A stretch of DNA of 64,000 nucleotides from Alphaproteobacteria bacterium (GTDB lineage Bacteria; Pseudomonadota; Alphaproteobacteria; GCA-2731375). The DNA lies in NCBI GenBank assembly GCA_965232515.1, contig CBDDPY010000002.1, forward strand, positions 5,824,001 through 5,888,000, read 5' to 3'. The translations under genes and the position numbers were made by a program. This document shows positions 59,142 to 64,000 of the stretch, one piece after another (position 1 is the stretch's first letter; each line of letters opens with the position of its first letter). The notes under the pieces are model-generated. The model made no database searches. It saw only the letters and a program-made list of their open reading frames with translations, and was not told the origin of the DNA.

Positions 59142-60563
59142 TCAGGACAGATCCAGCTCGCCGAGCTGGCGGACGAAGCCGTCTTCGTCCTCCAGGCAGC
59201 GCAGGTCGAACAGCAGCGTATCGTCGGCGATGCGTCCGATCACCGGTATCGGAAGCCGCCGAAACGCGGTTGCCAGGCGTTTCAGGGCGCGCCCCGTGCC
59301 CCGCTTGCCGGCCTTCGGACGGATCGCCAGCGCGGCGCTCGGCAGAGCGTCGACCGGCAACGCCCCACTGCCGATCTGGCTGCGGCAGGCAACGACCTCG
59401 ACGGTCGCGATATCGACGAATTGGCCGGCAGCGACTCCGCGCAATCGCTCGGCGAGCGCGCGGATCTCGTCTTCCGGCCGGCTCAGCAACCGCAGCGCCG
59501 GCACCCGTTCGGCCAACCGGTCGGGATCGCCGTAGAGCCGCAGCACGGCCGACAGCGCGGCGAGCGTCATCTTGTCGAGCCGCATGGCCCGCTTCATCGG
59601 GTTGCGCTTGATTTTCTTCACGAGGTCGGCGCGGCCGACGATGATGCCGGCTTGCGGTCCGCCCAACAGCTTGTCGCCGCTGAAGGTAACGATGTCGGCG
59701 CCGGCGGCGATGGCGTCGGCCGGCGTCGGTTCGTAGGGCAGGCCGAACCGCGTCAGGTCGGTCAGCGTGCCGCTGCCGAGATCGACCACGAAGGGCAGCC
59801 CGGCGGCATGCGCGATCCGCACGAGATCGCGCTCCGCCACCTCGGCGGTGAATCCCTGGACCACGTAGTTGCTGGTATGCGCCTTCATGATCAGCGCCGT
59901 GCCCGCGCTAATGGCGGTCTCGAAATCGGCGGCGTGCGTGCGGTTGGTGGCGCCCACCTCGACCAGCTTGGCGCCGGCGCGGGCCATGATGTCGGGCAGG
60001 CGAAACGAGCCGCCGATCTCGATCAGCTCGCCGCGCGAAACCAGCACCTGTCGGCGCAGCGCCAGTGTGTTGAGCGTCAAGAGAACGGCCGCGGCGTTGT
60101 TGTTGACGACGGTCGCCGCCTCGGCGCCGGTCAGCCGGCAGATCCAGTCGGCGACATGGTCGTCGCGATCGCCGCGCTTACCGGTTTCGAGGTCGTATTC
60201 CAGATTGGACGCGCCGGCCGCGACGGCGGTCATGGCCTCCAATGCCTCTTGCGGCAATGGCGCCCGGCCCAGGTTGGTGTGCAGCACCGTGCCCGTCAGG
60301 TTGAAGACCGGCCGCAGGCGCGGGGCGGTCAGCGCCACAAGGTGCGCCCGCACGTTCTCGACAATGACGTCGTCGTTTGTCCGCGCCAGCGCCGCCTCAC
60401 CCTCGGCCGACAGGGCCGTCCGCAGCGCGGCCAGCTCGTCGCGCACGGCCTGAACCACCAGATTCCGGCCGAAATCCAGGATCGCGGCCGCGATCCCCGG
60501 CAGTCCGAGGACGCGGTCGACCGACGGAACGGCGGCCTGCAACGGCTTGGCGGCGTGCGACAT
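59142..60563 (-). CDS. selA: L-seryl-tRNA(Sec) selenium transferase
   Basis: [48 protein letters not shown]. Confidence 0.97.
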   Translation of the reverse strand: MSHAAKPLQAAVPSVDRVLGLPGIAAAILDFGRNLVVQAVRDELAALRTALSAEGEAALARTNDDVIVENVRAHLVALTAPRLRPVFNLTGTVLHTNLGRAPLPQEALEAMTAVAAGASNLEYDLETGKRGDRDDHVADWICRLTGAEAATVVNNNAAAVLLTLNTLALRRQVLVSRGELIEIGGSFRLPDIMARAGAKLVEVGATNRTHAADFETAISAGTALIMKAHTSNYVVQGFTAEVAERDLVRIAHAAGLPFVVDLGSGTLTDLTRFGLPYEPTPADAIAAGADIVTFSGDKLLGGPQAGIIVGRADLVKKIKRNPMKRAMRLDKMTLAALSAVLRLYGDPDRLAERVPALRLLSRPEDEIRALAERLRGVAAGQFVDIATVEVVACRSQIGSGALPVDALPSAALAIRPKAGKRGTGRALKRLATAFRRLPIPVIGRIADDTLLFDLRCLEDEDGFVRQLGELDLS

Positions 60564-60758
60564 GCTGACTTGGCGCCCGGTTGGAAAGGTCACTCCCTGG
60601 CGTCAGGCTAGGTGCGTGGGCGAGAGCGGTCAACGGGCCGCTCGCTTTGTTTGGCGCGCGTGGACTTCCCAATATAGACTGATCGTTTCATAACCACCGC
60701 CGCCCGTTTCGCTTCAATTGACAGATTGTGGGGTCGGTCGCGCTAGTCGGAGTGCTGT

Positions 60759-61994
60759 ATGGCTCGATTGAATGAATTGTCGGCAAGGATGCAGAAGGCC
60801 CTGATCGGCCTGCTGCCGGATTGTCCGACCTTTGACGACAAGCCCTGGGTGACGGGTCCGCCCCTGTCGGCCCGCCGGGTTGCGATGATCTCGTCGGCCG
60901 GCTTCATGCGGCGCGGCGAGAAGCCGTTCGTCGGCGGCGATGCCGATTACCGGGCGATCCCGGCGGACATACCGCCGGGCGATCTGCTGATCAGCCACGT
61001 TTCGCAGAATTTCGACCGCACCGGGTTTCAGCAGGACATCAACGTCATGCTGCCGCTCGACCGGTTGCGCGAGATGGCGGCAGATGGCGAGATCGGCTCG
61101 CTCGCCGACACGCACTATTCCTTCATGGGCTCGACGCCGCCGGAGAAGATGGAGCCGGACGCGCGCCGGCTCGCCGCCGATCTGAAGGCCGATAACGTCG
61201 ACGCCGTCCTGCTGCTTCCGGTTTGACCGTTCTGCACGCGCGCCGTGAGCGCGCTCGGATACTATCTGGAAGACGAGGGACTGCCGACGGTGTCGATCAG
61301 CCTGGTGCGCGAGCACACGGAGAAGATCGAACCGCCACGGGGGCTGTGGGTGCCGTTCGAGCTGGGCCGGCCGGTTGGACCGGCGAACGATCCGGCGTTC
61401 CAGAAGCGCGTGCTGCGCGCGGCCCTGGAGCTGCTCGTGTCGACTGACGGCCCCGTCGTGCTCGAGGACTTCGACATCGACATGCCGGGGGCGGGCGGTG
61501 AGCCGGGCTGGCGCAGCCCGATCCCGATCGAGGCGGCGGATCCCGATACCGCCGATCTCGACGCCCTGACGGCGGCGCTCAGCCAAGAATTGGCGCAGGT
61601 ACGTCCGTTTTACGAGCGGGCGGTGGCGGCGCGCGGCCGCACTTCGGTCGGTCTGGCGCGCGTCGACCCGACCGAATTGCCGACGCTCGTGGTCTCGTTC
61701 TTTGCTGGCGGTCCGGCTGAAAACCCGGTGCCCGAGGTGCGGCCGGGGCACGTCATGCGCTATGCCTCGGACGATCTGCGGGCCTATTATCTCGAGGCGG
61801 CGAGCTTCGGCGACGGACGGCCGTCCAGCCTTCAGCTTGCCGACTGGTATTGGGACGAAACGCTGGCGGGCCGCACGGTGATGGCGCTCCGGGCCGCCTG
61901 CCTCGCGGGGTCGGACAAGGTGCTGGCGGCGATCGCCAAGGGAATTCTGGTGTCGGGGCGGCAAGTCGATAAGTTGCCGCCTGAAACCGCGTGA
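60759..61994 (+). CDS. PrdB/GrdB-like selenoprotein with long C-terminal extension (Sec at UGA 61224-61226)
   Basis: ORFs 60759..61226 and 61245..61994 are one frame joined through TGA: VLLLPV-U-PFCTRAVSAL (UxxC); DINVMLPLDRL, VPFELGRP; hairpin after UGA. Confidence 0.88.
61238..61254 (+). promoter_or_regulatory. Putative bacterial SECIS element
   Basis: GCGCGC-CGUGA-GCGCGC starting 11 nt after UGA; same loop as the element at 46152-46170. Confidence 0.75.
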
Positions 61995-62770
61995 CAGTCG
62001 GCGTGCGGCCGATGCCGGCGACATCGTTTCACCCCGGCGAACTCGGCTGGCGGCCGCGCCTTACCTATCTCGCGCATCTCGGCAAAGCCGTTCTGCGGCA
62101 GCATCACCGAGGGTTGCTGCCGGTGTTGCGGCCATTGGTCCCCGACGACGGTGTCGTCTTCGATGTTGGCGGCCATGCCGGCCAGTTCGCCAAGCTGTTC
62201 GCCGGCCTGGTGCCGCGCGGCAGGGTCTTTTCCTTCGAGCCCGGCGGCTATGCCCTGTCGATCCTGACACGGGTCGTGCGCCTCCGGCGTCTCAGCAACG
62301 TTACCGTGGTGCCGACGGGTCTCAGCGATGCCGCCGGCAGCGCCGTCCTGCACATGCCGGTCAAGGCCTCGGGCAGCTACGGCTTCGGGCTCAGCCATCT
62401 CGGCGCCGACGAGACCCGCCGGCGGCAGCGCGATGAAGAAATCAGCCTGACCACCATCGATGCGTTCTGCGATCAGCAGGCGCTGCACCGGCTCGACTTC
62501 ATCAAGGCCGATATCGAGGGCTGGGAGCTGCGCATGTTGACCGGCGGCGCCAGGGCAATCGCACGGTTCCGGCCCGTGATCCTGCTCGAGGTCTCGGCCG
62601 CGCATTTGGCGCGGGCCGGCGACACGGTCGAGGACCTCTGGAAATTTCTCGAGAATCTGGGCTACCGGCCAACGCCCTTGGCGACGGCGGCCAGCGGTTT
62701 CGCCGTCGCGCCACGGCATGGGGCGGGCGACCTGCTCTGGCTGCCGGAAGGGCATGCAATGCGCAAGTAA
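61991..62770 (+). CDS. FkbM-family SAM-dependent methyltransferase
   Basis: FDVGGHAG, SFEP, FIKADIEGWE; GTGA overlap with the selenoprotein gene. Confidence 0.88.
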   Translation: MTVGVRPMPATSFHPGELGWRPRLTYLAHLGKAVLRQHHRGLLPVLRPLVPDDGVVFDVGGHAGQFAKLFAGLVPRGRVFSFEPGGYALSILTRVVRLRRLSNVTVVPTGLSDAAGSAVLHMPVKASGSYGFGLSHLGADETRRRQRDEEISLTTIDAFCDQQALHRLDFIKADIEGWELRMLTGGARAIARFRPVILLEVSAAHLARAGDTVEDLWKFLENLGYRPTPLATAASGFAVAPRHGAGDLLWLPEGHAMRK

Positions 62771-62907
62771 TTGGAATGAATTCCTGTCGGAACGGGGCAT
62801 TAGCTCTTGCCGATTGACAGTTCCGTGACAAAGAAAACGTTGCCTTTTGCGGCTCGTGTGATACGCAGGCCGCACGGGGTACCACCAGGGGCGTCAAAAT
62901 CCGTCTA

Positions 62908-64000
62908 ATGCTAGAGCTTACGTCGACGACCAATTCCGCTCATTCTTTCAATACTGGAAATTTCGGCACACTCACCCAAGCGTTGGACTATGCAGCGGCG
63001 GGCGAGACCGGATTCAATTTCTTTACCTCTCGCGGAGACTTGCAGTCCGTCCTGCCGTACGCGTCCCTGCGCGACGACGCCATGCAACTGGCGCGCGCGC
63101 TGGTCGGGGCCGGATTGCCGCGCAACGCGCGCATGGTGCTGGTCGCCGACACCAGTCCCGACTTCATGCGGTATTTCTTCGCCTGCCAGTATGCCGGCCT
63201 GATCCCCGTACCGCTTCCGTTGCCGGTCAACCTCGGCGGCCGCGTTTCCTACCTGCGGCAGCTGCGCCGCATGACCGAGCGCGCCGGCGCCCGGATGGCG
63301 GTCGCGCCCGCCGCGCTCGCCGACTACCTGCGCGAAGGTCTGGCCGGCCTCGATGTGCCCATGGTCGGCGCGCACGCCGATTTCGACGATCTGCCGGCAA
63401 CCGGCGAACTGCGGCCTTTCGGCGCCGACGACGCCTGCTATATCCAGTACTCCTCGGGCAGTACCCGACTGCCGCGCGGCGTCGCCATCTCGCAACGGGC
63501 GGTAACCGCCAACTGCAGCGCCATCATCCGTCATGGGCTGGCCGTGCGGCCGGGCGACCGCTGCACCTCCTGGCTGCCGCTCTATCACGACATGGGACTG
63601 GTCGGGTTCTGCCTGGCGCCGATCCTGTCGCAGCTCTCGGTCGACTACATCGCGACGTCCGATTTCGCCCGCCGGCCGCTGTCCTGGCTCAAGGTGCTGT
63701 CGTCCACCGGTGGCACGCTCTCGTTCAGCCCATCCTTCGGCTACGACCTCTGCGTCCGCCGCGCCGCGAAAATGCCGCTCGACGACATCGATCTGTCGTC
63801 CTGGCGCGTGGCCGGCATCGGCGGCGACATGATCCGCGCCGACGTGCTGTCGCAGTTCGCCGAAACCTTCGCCGAAACCGGTTTTCGCGCGACCTCGTTC
63901 CTGGCCAGCTACGGTATGGCCGAATCCACGCTGGCGGTCAGCTTCACCGAGCTCGACGCCGGCATCCGCACGTACCGCGCTGCGTCGGCGCCGGTCGCGG
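62908..64000 (+). CDS. Fatty acyl-AMP ligase (partial, runs off the window)
   Basis: Hand translation from ATG 62908: TLTQALDYAA, GLIPVPLPLP, YIQYSSGST, SWLPLYHDMGLVG, SYGMAE; absent from the ORF track because no stop is in the window. Confidence 0.88.
   Translation, partial: MLELTSTTNSAHSFNTGNFGTLTQALDYAAAGETGFNFFTSRGDLQSVLPYASLRDDAMQLARALVGAGLPRNARMVLVADTSPDFMRYFFACQYAGLIPVPLPLPVNLGGRVSYLRQLRRMTERAGARMAVAPAALADYLREGLAGLDVPMVGAHADFDDLPATGELRPFGADDACYIQYSSGSTRLPRGVAISQRAVTANCSAIIRHGLAVRPGDRCTSWLPLYHDMGLVGFCLAPILSQLSVDYIATSDFARRPLSWLKVLSSTGGTLSFSPSFGYDLCVRRAAKMPLDDIDLSSWRVAGIGGDMIRADVLSQFAETFAETGFRATSFLASYGMAESTLAVSFTELDAGIRTYRAASAPVA

Noticed and set aside
59129-59144. Possible selA-selB read-through at the selA TGA
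   Set aside because: 13-nt gap puts selB out of frame
57125-59611. Long antisense ORFs (this one, 11562..13814, 49945..51771 and similar)
   Set aside because: Shadow frames typical of high-GC coding DNA, opposite well-supported genes, with no motifs

Overview
GC-rich bacterial window, most likely alphaproteobacterial (CheS/CheY/CheA/CheW/CheR/CheB/CheY/CheD order, MipZ, Omp25-like barrel). It contains: (1) 1-14.2 kb, a sugar/inositol uptake and catabolism cluster (iolG, iolD, iolE, ABC transporter, aldose dehydrogenases, lactonases); (2) 15.9-28.2 kb, a chemotaxis cluster with unusual inserts (MipZ-like ATPase, a DxxxQ CheZ/CheT-like gene, a pentapeptide-repeat gene coupled to cheD); (3) 28-32.6 kb, miscellaneous catabolic enzymes; (4) 32.6-42.4 kb, an uncharacterised six-gene operon with three RoxA/bCcP-like di-haem cytochromes c, a mono-haem protein, a lipoprotein and a serine hydrolase, with a perfect CRP-type box upstream; (5) 45.5-62 kb, a selenocysteine island with selA, selB, selC, an oxidoreductase-fused selD and three genes split by in-frame UGA (two PrdB/GrdB-like UxxC proteins, one UGSC protein), each followed by a SECIS-like hairpin, plus a hairpin that covers the selD ribosome-binding site directly after the UGSC stop codon; (6) a truncated fatty acyl-AMP ligase at the end. 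No CRISPR array, rRNA or transposase was seen. All family calls come from reading motifs by eye; no database search was run.
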